A stretch of 64,000 bases of DNA from a virus. The stretch is from IMG/VR virus record IMGVR_UViG_3300032020_000002, one strand, 5' to 3'. This document shows, piece by piece, positions 9,096 through 18,705 of this stretch. The translations under genes were made by a program, and so were the position numbers. Position 1 is the first letter of the stretch. Every line of letters starts with the position of its first letter. Under the pieces are notes generated by a model. The model ran no database searches. It was not told where the DNA came from and saw only the letters and a list, made by a program, of their open reading frames with translations.

Positions 9096-9323
9096 ATGAA
9101 AGAGGATTTAATATTATGCGATGAATGCAGAGATAGGATATACAATGCAGAATGTCATGTATTACAGATGAGATTCATCGTCACAGAGAACATGGATGAA
9201 GGTGTCCAATATCATTTTTGTGGGGCAGAATGCCTTAAACATTTCATCGCTAAAAAAGAATTTGAATCCAGATTTTACAGATTCGGCAAGCCCAAAACAG
9301 ACAATGCGGAGGGGAAAACATGA
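9096..9323 (+). CDS. small zinc-finger protein
   Basis: CDECRD...HFCGAECLKH. Confidence 0.45.
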   Translation: MKEDLILCDECRDRIYNAECHVLQMRFIVTENMDEGVQYHFCGAECLKHFIAKKEFESRFYRFGKPKTDNAEGKT

Positions 9324-9514
9324 AAATAGGCATAGTCGGCAACAGGACAGGCTGGACATACGAAGAAGTGAAAAAGCAACTCGATACACTCGGAGTTTAC
9401 AAGACAGATATGCTCATTAGCCACAACATAAGTCTTGAATCGAAGCAGAAATACCTCGACAAGTTTTCTTCTTTGGAAAAAACATTAAGCGATATTGAGG
9501 AGAGATACAAATGA
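9320..9514 (+). CDS. hypothetical small protein
   Basis: ATGA overlap. Confidence 0.45.
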   Translation: MKIGIVGNRTGWTYEEVKKQLDTLGVYKTDMLISHNISLESKQKYLDKFSSLEKTLSDIEERYK

Positions 9515-9852
9515 TGCCCAAAATACGCTTTTCGCACAAATATTACAAAATGCCGACACAGGAAGCAATAGAAAAGGGAAAGCACACCTTAATCGGCATC
9601 CAGATACATGAAGATATTTACAAGCTCCCAGAGGAGTTCCTTCATTATGACGCATCTTTCTGGAACGGCAAGGAGACGGAAGAATACCCGATACCGCTTG
9701 GCAAAGGCATTGTGATTTTCATTTTTACTTGTTATGTAGCGGAAAATAAGGTTTGGACGAGCATCAGAAGGTGGACACCTTGGAAGGAGAAATATTATCG
9801 TGACTTGAAAGGAAAAGAAGTTGAAATCGTCATAGAGAAGGGGAAGGGATGA
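9511..9852 (+). CDS. hypothetical protein
   Basis: ATGA overlap. Confidence 0.45.
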   Translation: MMPKIRFSHKYYKMPTQEAIEKGKHTLIGIQIHEDIYKLPEEFLHYDASFWNGKETEEYPIPLGKGIVIFIFTCYVAENKVWTSIRRWTPWKEKYYRDLKGKEVEIVIEKGKG

Positions 9853-9901
9853 GCGTGTATATGGAATGTGATAGGGAATGTTATGATTGCGAAAATAGAG
9901 A

Positions 9902-10162
9902 ATGTCCATATCTGCCATTGATAATAGAAGCAGAGTTAATTACAAGAGAAATAAAGGAGAAGGCGAAGCAATGAAAATTAATACAAGCAAATTTACAGAA
10001 AAAGAAATGGATATATGGAAAAATGGAATAGATTATGGATTAGCGATGGCTTCAAATATATTTCTTTGCCAAGCACAAGATGGCTTGGAACTGATAAAAA
10101 TAAAAATGGAAGATGAAGATATATTGTGGAAATTCGTGGAATGGAAGAAGCGAAAGAAATGA
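9902..10162 (+). CDS. hypothetical small protein
   Basis: ORF track; alternative ATG ~9971. Confidence 0.4.
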   Translation: MSISAIDNRSRVNYKRNKGEGEAMKINTSKFTEKEMDIWKNGIDYGLAMASNIFLCQAQDGLELIKIKMEDEDILWKFVEWKKRKK

Positions 10163-10410
10163 AAAATAATTTAAAATTGTTCGGCAAACTCACGCTAATA
10201 CAGGCGTTAAAATCAACAGGCTATGTGTGCATCATAGTTTTCATAATCAATGTTTTGGTGGCAATGATGATTAATTGGATGAATATCAATGCACTTGGGT
10301 CAAACTTAATATCAAACATAATTTCTTGGCTGTGGTTCGGTTTATTCGCAATCTTTGAAAGCAGAAAACTGGAAAATTTGAATTCTGGAAGCGGGAGGGT
10401 AATAAGATGA
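10126..10410 (+). CDS. small membrane protein
   Basis: two TM segments. Confidence 0.4.
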   Translation: MEIRGMEEAKEMKNNLKLFGKLTLIQALKSTGYVCIIVFIINVLVAMMINWMNINALGSNLISNIISWLWFGLFAIFESRKLENLNSGSGRVIR

Positions 10411-10471
10411 AGAAAGGGAAAAGGAAGGAAAGGAGACAGAACAGACCCAATTGGAGAAAGGTTGACGGTCA

Positions 10472-11044
10472 ATGGACGAAGGTGGGGAACACATGAGCTA
10501 TATGGCAGTTTATTTGATAATTGTTGGTATAATAGGGCTTTTGTCAATTCCTATTATTGAGTGTTGCAACCCATCGTGGTTAGTCACGCTTATCGGTGTC
10601 CTTTCAACGATTGCGTTTGGTTTGGGATTATACCGATTGATAGTTATCGGAGCAAACAGAGGCGAAGGGATGAACAAGAGTGGAATAAGGCACGATTCTT
10701 ATTGTTCCAGATTCAGTAGTTCCTTCTCTTCTTGCCTATCCGATTTAAAGTGGAAGTGGTTTCTTTGGAGAACATTCAGGTCATGGGAACATCATAATAA
10801 AAGCGTGTATAAAAAATACTGCAAAAAGGGATTCCACCAGTTAAACAGAATGGTGCAAATTTTGTGGCTTCCAAACAAAAAAGAATACAAAGTCGAATAT
10901 CTGAAATGCCCCTATTGCAACTACCTGTTTTTCTCAACAGTTGAAGATAAGAGGCTATATCTTGCTTTAACTGGAACGCACAGAAAGAAGATGTTGCAAG
11001 CGTTTGATAAAATAAGGAAACAGAGGAGAGTTCGGAATGTTTGA
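10472..11044 (+). CDS. membrane-anchored zinc-finger protein
   Basis: N-terminal TM; CPYCNYLF motif. Confidence 0.45.
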   Translation: MDEGGEHMSYMAVYLIIVGIIGLLSIPIIECCNPSWLVTLIGVLSTIAFGLGLYRLIVIGANRGEGMNKSGIRHDSYCSRFSSSFSSCLSDLKWKWFLWRTFRSWEHHNKSVYKKYCKKGFHQLNRMVQILWLPNKKEYKVEYLKCPYCNYLFFSTVEDKRLYLALTGTHRKKMLQAFDKIRKQRRVRNV

Positions 11045-12101
11045 AAGAAAACTTGTCACAATCAGAAAAGTGTCAAAAATCCTGCCCATAGAAAATGCAG
11101 ATTTGATAGAACTTGCCCTGATAGACGGGTGGCAGTGCGTAGTAAAAAAGGGCGAATTCAAAACAGGGGCTTTTGGGTTGTTTTTCGAGATTGATAGCTT
11201 CCTTCCCATTGAAGAAAGATACGAATTCTTGAGAAAATCAAGCTATAAAAAGTTGCCTGACGGCTCTGAAGGTTTCAGGTTGAAAACAGTAAAATTAAAA
11301 AGAAAATTAAGTCAGGGATTGCTCCTTCCTTTAAGCCTGTTCCCCGAAATCAAAAAACCCGAAGTTGACAAGGATTACGCTGAAATATTGAAAGTAGTAA
11401 AATATGAGCCACCGTTACCTGCCAATTTGAGAGGAATCGCAAAGGGGCTGTTTCCGTCATTCATTAAAAAATCAGACCAAGAAAGGATACAGAACTTGCC
11501 CGAATTTTTTGTAATCCATAAGGACATGGAGTTTGAAATGACAGAAAAAGAGGATGGAAGCTCTGCCACCTATTACTGTCTGGATGGGGCATTCGGATAC
11601 TGCTCAAGAAACCTCGAATTGAAAGAAGAGGGAGAAAACACATACCTCAAAATAGCACAGGAACTCGGCTTAAAAGAAACCTTTTCGCAACTCACAGGAA
11701 AATTTTCGCAAAGCAAAGGAAATTTCGCAATACAGGGAGAAATAGTTGGAGAGGGAATCAACAAAAATCACTTGAAAATAAAAGGTGCGGAATTCCATGT
11801 GTTCGACATATACGACATTGACACGCAAAGATTACTATTGCCCGAAGAAAGGATGTTTTTGATTAAACACATGAACAATCCTAAAATCAAGCACATCCCA
11901 ATCCTGAAGTCAAGCGTCAAAATATTCCAGATTTGCAAAACAATGCAGGAATTACTCGATTATGCAAAAGGGAAATCATTTTTCAACCCAAGCACAGAAA
12001 GAGAGGGCTTGGTTTTCAAATCACTCAAATTTGATGATAATGGTCAGGTAATTTCCTTCAAGGTCGTCAATAATGATTACTTGCTGAAATCTGGGGAATA
12101 A
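11037..12101 (+). CDS. ATP-dependent RNA ligase-like nucleotidyltransferase
   Basis: motif I KEDGS (KxDG) in MTEKEDGSSATYY; size and layout like Rnl-family ligases. Confidence 0.6.
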   Translation: MFERKLVTIRKVSKILPIENADLIELALIDGWQCVVKKGEFKTGAFGLFFEIDSFLPIEERYEFLRKSSYKKLPDGSEGFRLKTVKLKRKLSQGLLLPLSLFPEIKKPEVDKDYAEILKVVKYEPPLPANLRGIAKGLFPSFIKKSDQERIQNLPEFFVIHKDMEFEMTEKEDGSSATYYCLDGAFGYCSRNLELKEEGENTYLKIAQELGLKETFSQLTGKFSQSKGNFAIQGEIVGEGINKNHLKIKGAEFHVFDIYDIDTQRLLLPEERMFLIKHMNNPKIKHIPILKSSVKIFQICKTMQELLDYAKGKSFFNPSTEREGLVFKSLKFDDNGQVISFKVVNNDYLLKSGE

Positions 12102-12103
12102 GC

Positions 12104-12298
12104 ATGAATAAGAAAGAAAGAAATTTGTTCTTTATGGCGAAGGGCGGTAAAGAGTTATTCAGAGTCGGCTCTATAGTGTTATTGTTATTTTCATGGATTG
12201 GTCAGGGAAAGCTCGGCGTGGCACTAATATGGCTTCTGATATGGATTTTACTTGATGAATCAGACAGGAGAAAAATATGGAAAAAAAGGAAAGCATGA
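12104..12298 (+). CDS. small membrane protein
   Basis: hydrophobic. Confidence 0.4.
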   Translation: MNKKERNLFFMAKGGKELFRVGSIVLLLFSWIGQGKLGVALIWLLIWILLDESDRRKIWKKRKA

Positions 12299-12368
12299 AA
12301 GTCGAGCAAATTTATGTAGAAATTGATGGATTATTGATACCACTCGACATGGAAAGGGTAAACAAAGA

Positions 12369-13247
12369 TTGGTTAAATACATTGGAGAAGCAACTATGTT
12401 GAATAAAGTAAAAACTGGAAGCAATATGTATGAATTTTTGAACGAAAACGGTAAAGGATATACTTGGAATATTATTAAGGGAGAATGCACAGCCCACAAC
12501 TGTAGTTATTGTTACATGAAAAAGTTTAAGGTCGGAAAATTGCGTTTTGATGAAAAAGCACTATTCGACAATCTCGGCAAAGAGAATTTTATATTTTGCG
12601 GAAGTTCGACAGATATGTGGGCTGGAAATGTCCCTGCTGAATGGATAGTGTTGGTGTTATCAAGGTGTAACGAATGCCCAGAAAACACTTACCTTTTTCA
12701 GACAAAAAACCCAAAGAGGTTTGAAGAATTCTTGCCGATTTTGCCACCTAAAACCATACTTGCTACAACTATTGAAAGCAACAGGGATTATAAAGTGTCA
12801 TCAGCCCCACCACCGCTTAAAAGGGCGGAAGATTTCATGGCTATTGACTGGAAAAGGAAAATGTGCAGTCTTGAACCCTTAATGGATTTTGACTTGGAAG
12901 CTATGACAACAATCATCAAGAACATCAAACCAGAATTCATCAGCATCGGTGCGGACAGCCAAAAACACAACTTACAAGAGCCATCACCAGAAAAGGTCAA
13001 GAAGCTGATAGATGAACTTGCAATTTTCACAAGAGTTCATGTTAAAAACAACCTGAAAAGGATAACAGATAAATATAAAATGACAGTGGGCTGTGGCAAA
13101 ATAGTCAAACATTATTACGACCCGCATCCGTGCAACGAACTACTCAATATTGGTTTTTGGAAGTGGTTAAAATGCGGTGAACAAGACCCCTGTTTGCCAA
13201 ACCACTTGGTTTTATGTAAAAAATGCAAGGGAAGTGATGTAAAATGA
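12369..13247 (+). CDS. Gp37/Gp68-like (DUF5131) three-Cys protein, radical-SAM-related
   Basis: N-terminal CTAHNCSYCY cluster followed by FCGSSTDMW; phage-associated family. Confidence 0.4.
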   Translation: MVKYIGEATMLNKVKTGSNMYEFLNENGKGYTWNIIKGECTAHNCSYCYMKKFKVGKLRFDEKALFDNLGKENFIFCGSSTDMWAGNVPAEWIVLVLSRCNECPENTYLFQTKNPKRFEEFLPILPPKTILATTIESNRDYKVSSAPPPLKRAEDFMAIDWKRKMCSLEPLMDFDLEAMTTIIKNIKPEFISIGADSQKHNLQEPSPEKVKKLIDELAIFTRVHVKNNLKRITDKYKMTVGCGKIVKHYYDPHPCNELLNIGFWKWLKCGEQDPCLPNHLVLCKKCKGSDVK

Positions 13248-13576
13248 AACTGCTACATGAAAAGACGATAAGCGAATTGGTATTGTTTTGGGCAGATGAA
13301 TATGGTGGAGATTCAGTATGTTTAGATGAACTCAAACAATGGATAATAGCAATAGTGAAGAATTGTAATATTTGTTCCAAACACAGAGGTTGCAAGCATA
13401 AATGGATTGACGACCCGAAAACTCAATTTTCACCGCCGTTATATCTCTGCGCCAAGTGCGGAAAGCGTGATATGGATGATGATTTGAAAGGATGCGAAGG
13501 GTGCAAGAGGATTATGGAAATGTTTGAAATTGCCGAGGAGGATTTGAATGCAAACGACAAAAAAGACCAAAATTAA
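13244..13576 (+). CDS. Cys-rich small protein
   Basis: multiple CxxC pairs. Confidence 0.45.
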   Translation: MKLLHEKTISELVLFWADEYGGDSVCLDELKQWIIAIVKNCNICSKHRGCKHKWIDDPKTQFSPPLYLCAKCGKRDMDDDLKGCEGCKRIMEMFEIAEEDLNANDKKDQN

Positions 13577-13708
13577 CGGAAAGGAAGAAGTCATAGTTGA
13601 ACCGCAATTAGCCAACTTGATACTGGAATTAAACAAAAAGTTGGTCGAAGCAAAGAAACTTAACCATAAAATATTGAAAATGATAAGCGAACAATGAGGG
13701 GGTGAAGC

Positions 13709-14011
13709 ATGAAATTAGTGATAGAGGTCAATGAGATACCGAAAGAAGTCATGGAAGAGTTCGCACACATAGTGACGCAGTTCGTCAACGAATACTTCGA
13801 GTTCATAAACGCCGTCAAAATAGAATACGAAGAGGAACTGCCGAGGAAACCGCTTGTAATACCTTACCAACCGTTGCCATTTGACGAATGGGTTAAAAAA
13901 CACCAGCCGATATACCAATGGCAAAGGAAATGGGATTTTGAGAAGTATTATTGCGAGAAAACAAAGAAGCCACATAAATATCTCACGACCAAATTAAGAT
14001 TAAGAAGTTAG
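13709..14011 (+). CDS. hypothetical small protein
   Basis: SD GAGGGGGTGA upstream. Confidence 0.5.
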   Translation: MKLVIEVNEIPKEVMEEFAHIVTQFVNEYFEFINAVKIEYEEELPRKPLVIPYQPLPFDEWVKKHQPIYQWQRKWDFEKYYCEKTKKPHKYLTTKLRLRS

Positions 14012-14085
14012 GTGGGACAATCGCAAAGCCAATCGAAGGGACACCAGCATTAAAGGGGAAAGAAGCAGAGGAATTTATAAAAAAC

Positions 14086-14298
14086 ATGATTAAAAGGACA
14101 GAGGGAAAGCCAACAGAAAAGGACAGGGAAATGTTCAGAAGGATAATGCGGATGGATGACGGCAGACCGAGATGCCACCATTGCGGGAGAGCCATGATTC
14201 AAGTCAGGGACAAGACTTGTGGGAAGTTCACAGGTCATAACTGGAAATGCAACTGCAAGGATTTTCCTAAACATTTAGTAATTGGAACATTAGGTTAA
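14086..14298 (+). CDS. small zinc-finger protein
   Basis: CHHCGR...CNC. Confidence 0.45.
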   Translation: MIKRTEGKPTEKDREMFRRIMRMDDGRPRCHHCGRAMIQVRDKTCGKFTGHNWKCNCKDFPKHLVIGTLG

Positions 14299-14307
14299 GG
14301 AGGAATT

Positions 14308-14601
14308 ATGGATGAAAAATTAAGCGAAAAGGACAAGAAGGAACTCTATGAGATACGGGAGGCACAGTTCAAGGAAGTCGTGGATAGCGTCATGGAAAAG
14401 GGAGAAGAGACAAAGACTGAAATTTATAACGCCATAAAGGAATTGCCACAAGACCTGATTGATGACCCAGAAAAGGACAAAGAAAGGAAGATGATACTGA
14501 AAATGCTAAAGAACATAGTGCTGTCCAACGAGAAGATAGTGGATAATGTGTCCAAAATAGTTATCAGGGGTGCTGAACAGGAGATAGAAAAAGGCTTATA
14601 G
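14308..14601 (+). CDS. acidic small protein
   Basis: SD TAAGGAGGAATT upstream. Confidence 0.5.
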   Translation: MDEKLSEKDKKELYEIREAQFKEVVDSVMEKGEETKTEIYNAIKELPQDLIDDPEKDKERKMILKMLKNIVLSNEKIVDNVSKIVIRGAEQEIEKGL

Positions 14602-14644
14602 GTAAAAGCTATAAGTTTATAGTAAAAAGCTATAAAGGAACAAT

Positions 14645-15421
14645 ATGCCTATGTTCAATTTACTCGAATTAAGCAGTTATGAATTTTTGCAGTTCCTTGC
14701 AGTCTTTTTTATCGCAATCACAGCATTTTATTTTTTAGCTTACATAAGAAACTCAAGAAAACTTGCGAAAAAAACCAAAGGAAGGACATCGGTTTCATTT
14801 ACAGTGAAAAAGCTAAAAAAGAAAGAGAGAATGCAAATTTTCAGCAATTTGGCTTTCACATTCACGCTACTTTTTGCGTTATATGCATTGCATTTCCAAT
14901 ACCAGTATTACAACAACAGGGCGAGTGTATATTCATCGCTGGTCAGTAATTATGAAAAGCTGATACAGTTGAAAAACGAGCAGACAGAAGCCATTTCCAC
15001 AGACTGCATGAACATCATCCAGAACAGCGAAATGAAAATGGAAGACATAGAAAATCTTGTTCAGGACATAAGGCTGAATTATGACAGCTTGCAGGAAAAC
15101 TATTCAGATTGCCAGCAAAAACTTGACCAAATTTCTTTTATTAAAGCCGTAGAACCATTTGCGAGTAACCACACCTACGACAGTCATTTTTTCAACTGCG
15201 TAGATTATAGCCGAGGTTGTGTTGACATATGGACAGAAATGGGTTATCAGGCTTATACTAAATCTGTCCGTGTTGACTGCTCGTCAGGCTTGTTCGGTTG
15301 CGAAAAGGGGGACAATAATCGTCACATGATTGCTATGATTGAAGTCCCAGTCGAATGCACTTCCTCATATCCGTTCATCATTCCGCCTTCGGAGTTTTAC
15401 GCATACGGACTGACGGGTTAG
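14645..15421 (+). CDS. membrane protein with Cys-rich extracytoplasmic domain
   Basis: 2 N-terminal TM helices. Confidence 0.5.
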   Translation: MPMFNLLELSSYEFLQFLAVFFIAITAFYFLAYIRNSRKLAKKTKGRTSVSFTVKKLKKKERMQIFSNLAFTFTLLFALYALHFQYQYYNNRASVYSSLVSNYEKLIQLKNEQTEAISTDCMNIIQNSEMKMEDIENLVQDIRLNYDSLQENYSDCQQKLDQISFIKAVEPFASNHTYDSHFFNCVDYSRGCVDIWTEMGYQAYTKSVRVDCSSGLFGCEKGDNNRHMIAMIEVPVECTSSYPFIIPPSEFYAYGLTG

Positions 15422-15450
15422 TTTATTAAAATATAAGAATAAGGATAATC

Positions 15451-16032
15451 ATGGCGAGAATACCAAAGCAAAGGGTGAGATATGATATTTTCTGGAAAAT
15501 CGGAATCGTCAGAATGTGGTATTCGGTAAGTCCCAAAACGGACACGCCAATCCCCTTCTGCGAAATGCGTTGCATAATTTTTGCTCGCAGGAAGCCCAGA
15601 ACTATAACGGAGAAATTGCTTCTGATTGACAAGCTCAAAAAGAAGCTGGACACACTGGTTTTACTGACAACCACAGGCTTTCAGGATGCGGAAATAGGTG
15701 GGTTCATATATGGTGATGACAGCCCATTAAGGGAAGTAGAAGTGAAGGTAAAGAAAAAGCAAATCGGCAAGCTGATGGTGGAGATAAACGGACATGAAGC
15801 AGAACCGCTTGCTGTGATAAAAGCATACAGGATGGTCAATAAAGAGCCAGTGCAGACATACATCTTCAAGACAATCCCAAGACCGATTGAGCTTTATGAG
15901 AAATACGGAACGATTTACAGGTATATGGCGTTTTTTGATAAATTTGGGTTGCTCCGTGCCGATTATGATGAACAACAAATTAGAGAAATTGAAAAAAAGG
16001 TCTTTGCGTCATTTTTAGGTGCTAAACCATGA
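15451..16032 (+). CDS. hypothetical protein; homing-endonuclease target gene (ends ...YDEQQIREIEKKVFASFLGAKP)
   Basis: C-terminal 22 aa duplicated at end of next ORF. Confidence 0.55.
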   Translation: MARIPKQRVRYDIFWKIGIVRMWYSVSPKTDTPIPFCEMRCIIFARRKPRTITEKLLLIDKLKKKLDTLVLLTTTGFQDAEIGGFIYGDDSPLREVEVKVKKKQIGKLMVEINGHEAEPLAVIKAYRMVNKEPVQTYIFKTIPRPIELYEKYGTIYRYMAFFDKFGLLRADYDEQQIREIEKKVFASFLGAKP

Positions 16033-17117
16033 AAAAGGATTCACATCATAAACCAGCCAGCATAGAAAAAATGAGAATATCTCATATAGGTAAAAGGAAG
16101 TCACCAGAATCAATTAAAAATCAATCGGAAAGTTTAAAGGAATTTTATAAAACACACCAACATTGGCAAAAAGGTGTCCCAAGACCGCAATGGGTAAGGG
16201 AAAAAATAAGTAAAACTGAAAAAGGTCGTCCAAGCCCAATGAAAGGAAGGCATCATACAGAAGAAACTAAAAGGAAAATAGGGATTGCATTTAAAGGTAA
16301 AACTGGATTTAAACATTCTGAAGAAAATAAAGAGAAAATGAGTTTATCCGCTAATAAAAAATTCCAAAATGGGTATATACATCCAATGAAAGGCAAAAAA
16401 CATACCAGAGAGAGTAAATTAAAAATGTCAATTTCACAAAAGAAATTATATGTCGAAGATAAAAGGAAAATTTCCAAAGAAACACAATTTAAAAAGGGAC
16501 AAAAAAAACTACCCCATAAAATTGATTGCCAATGCTTCTTTTGCACGGGTAAGCCTCCACCTTGGACTGGTAAAACATTAGAAGAAATTGTCGGAGTTGA
16601 AAGAGCAAAACAAATAAGATTAAAACAATCAGAACGATTAAAAAATGAATATAAAAATGGCAAAAGGATTAGCCCACTTAAAAAATTAAGAAACACACCA
16701 GAATTTTCTCAAAAAATCATAAAAGGCATTGTTAAAAAACCGAATAAATGTGAACAGAAGTTAATTAACATAATTAATGATAATAGTTTGCCATACAAAT
16801 ATGTTGGAAATGGAAATTTCATGGTAGGGAACAGATGCCCAGATTTTATCAATTCAAATGGCTCTAAAAAAATCATTGAATTATTTGGCAGAACATATCA
16901 TTCTCCTCGTCATTCGTTTTTCAAAATATCTTATAATCATACAGAAAATGGAACAAAGGAATACTACAAAAATTTTGGTTATTCATGTTTAGTAATTTGG
17001 GATTATGAATTAAAAGAAAGAGCAATCGTTATTAACAAAATAAAAGATTATGATGAATTTGAAATTCGCAAATTGGAAAAGCAGGTTTTCGCATCATTCT
17101 TGGGGGCGAAGCCATGA
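16029..17117 (+). CDS. free-standing homing endonuclease-like protein with NUMOD3 repeats and C-terminal nuclease-like domain; carries recoded copy of upstream gene's C-terminus
   Basis: tandem KxGxxHSEETKxKIS NUMOD3-like motifs; ends YDEFEIRKLEKQVFASFLGAKP. Confidence 0.6.
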   Translation: MKKDSHHKPASIEKMRISHIGKRKSPESIKNQSESLKEFYKTHQHWQKGVPRPQWVREKISKTEKGRPSPMKGRHHTEETKRKIGIAFKGKTGFKHSEENKEKMSLSANKKFQNGYIHPMKGKKHTRESKLKMSISQKKLYVEDKRKISKETQFKKGQKKLPHKIDCQCFFCTGKPPPWTGKTLEEIVGVERAKQIRLKQSERLKNEYKNGKRISPLKKLRNTPEFSQKIIKGIVKKPNKCEQKLINIINDNSLPYKYVGNGNFMVGNRCPDFINSNGSKKIIELFGRTYHSPRHSFFKISYNHTENGTKEYYKNFGYSCLVIWDYELKERAIVINKIKDYDEFEIRKLEKQVFASFLGAKP

Positions 17118-17650
17118 ACTACTTTTTGCATGATAACAGGATAACAGCCGATTACGATTTTGAAAACGAATTAAAACTATCATTCTACATACTCAAGGGC
17201 ATTCTATTGCTCAAAAAACTTCCGAGCAAAATCAGGCAGACAGAAAGGGGATACCATGTCATCTTTTCTGGAATTGACACTTCAGATGAAAAAAGGTTTA
17301 CCCGAAGATTACAGCTTGGAGATGACAAAAATAGAATAAGGTTGGATAGGTCGAGTGAGAAAAGGCAGAAGCAAGTGCTTTTTTCAGAAAAAACAGTAAC
17401 CACTTTCGGATATATGCATCCAGTTTGGTTCAAAATAGTAAAAATCGAAAGCCCATCAAAGCATTTTAATGTCTGCCCGTTCTGTCATAAAAAAATAAGC
17501 CAAGCGAAGAAAATATGGACAGACGAATTGAGGGCGATACAGGTTTTCCATAAAAACTCACAACACATATGCGAATACAAATTACGCATGAAACCTCTTC
17601 CGACAATAATAAAGCTACTTAAAAAAACAGGAACAGAGGTGGTAACATGA
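17114..17650 (+). CDS. hypothetical protein
   Basis: ATGA overlap. Confidence 0.5.
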   Translation: MNYFLHDNRITADYDFENELKLSFYILKGILLLKKLPSKIRQTERGYHVIFSGIDTSDEKRFTRRLQLGDDKNRIRLDRSSEKRQKQVLFSEKTVTTFGYMHPVWFKIVKIESPSKHFNVCPFCHKKISQAKKIWTDELRAIQVFHKNSQHICEYKLRMKPLPTIIKLLKKTGTEVVT

Positions 17651-17937
17651 TGGTAAAATGCTATTACTGCGGTCAGCAAATAGACGGCGATGCCTATAGC
17701 TTACATCTGTGGAATATACACGATAAAGACATCAGGCATTTAGCCAAGCATAAAAAAAGAGGGATTATCAAGAAAATACCACTTTTGAACCGCAAGAAAG
17801 AGAGGGATTACAGCAAGGTCAAGGATTTCTTCAAGCCACCGAGAGAAAGGAAAACCTTAAAAATGGACTTTTTCAGGGGAATCATTTTCGGCTCTTTGCT
17901 GACGCTTGCTGGAATATTAATTTATCTTGTGATATGA
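17647..17937 (+). CDS. zinc-ribbon protein with C-terminal TM anchor
   Basis: CYYCGQ; hydrophobic C-terminus. Confidence 0.45.
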   Translation: MMVKCYYCGQQIDGDAYSLHLWNIHDKDIRHLAKHKKRGIIKKIPLLNRKKERDYSKVKDFFKPPRERKTLKMDFFRGIIFGSLLTLAGILIYLVI

Positions 17938-18123
17938 ATGCAGGTAATAGACGGAAGAAGGAAGATAACCTTCACGGACAAATACACAACGAGCTACAAC
18001 AAGGCAAAGGGGACATGGGGTTGCGACTGCAAGCACGGAAGCATAAATTCGTGCAAGCTCAAGGAACATCCGTGCAGGCATATCAAAAAGGCACAGGAAT
18101 TACTTAAAATTAATTTCATATGA
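17938..18123 (+). CDS. small Cys-containing protein
   Basis: ORF track. Confidence 0.4.
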   Translation: MQVIDGRRKITFTDKYTTSYNKAKGTWGCDCKHGSINSCKLKEHPCRHIKKAQELLKINFI

Positions 18124-18269
18124 AAAGACTAAAAGCTATTTTCGGGCTATCAAAACAGGAAAAATATTATATCCTGATATGCCTTTTCATAATCATCATA
18201 TTAATCACACTCCAAATACTCAATGATAATGGCACAATCAATGTTTGAACTCATGGAACAAATGCGAAC

Positions 18270-18660
18270 AAAATGTTAATCATATGATAATTTTAAGTTA
18301 CATATGCCTATTTCCTTCTGTGGGTTTTTTGTCATTTTGTTTTCGTTTGCACTTTTAATCGTCATGTGATAAAAAATAGCACATTAACCTATTAACACAA
18401 GACAGTTAGTTGGTTAAGCCAGCCCAGCGAAAAATCATCATGTGATAATTATGGATGACCGTAAAAAGGCACAGTCCCCAATTTGTTAATCATCATGTGA
18501 TAATAAACAGCACAATAACCTATTAACAGATGTCGGTTAGTTGGTTAAGGGAACAGGGAAAATAATCATGTGATGATAAAAGCTCAAACGGCACAGTAAC
18601 CTATTAACTGGGAGGGTGGCAATCATGTGATAAATAATGATAAAACTATAATAATAGTAT
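18270..18660. repeat. tandem array (~5 units, ~60-80 bp) built on AATCAT(CAT)GTGATAAT palindrome-like core plus CACAGTAACCTATTAAC and GTTAGTTGGTTAAG boxes
   Basis: Read directly; motif copies at ~18276, 18356, 18432, 18486, 18563, 18621. Confidence 0.7.
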
Positions 18661-18705
18661 CCCTTTTTAAATCTTATTGCGAAAATAATCATAAAAGGAA
18701 AAACA

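Noticed and set aside
18270-18660. Possible CRISPR array
   Set aside because: Repeat units are imperfect and of unequal length and spacing. No cas genes and no leader-like structure are present. It is better described as an iteron or operator cluster.
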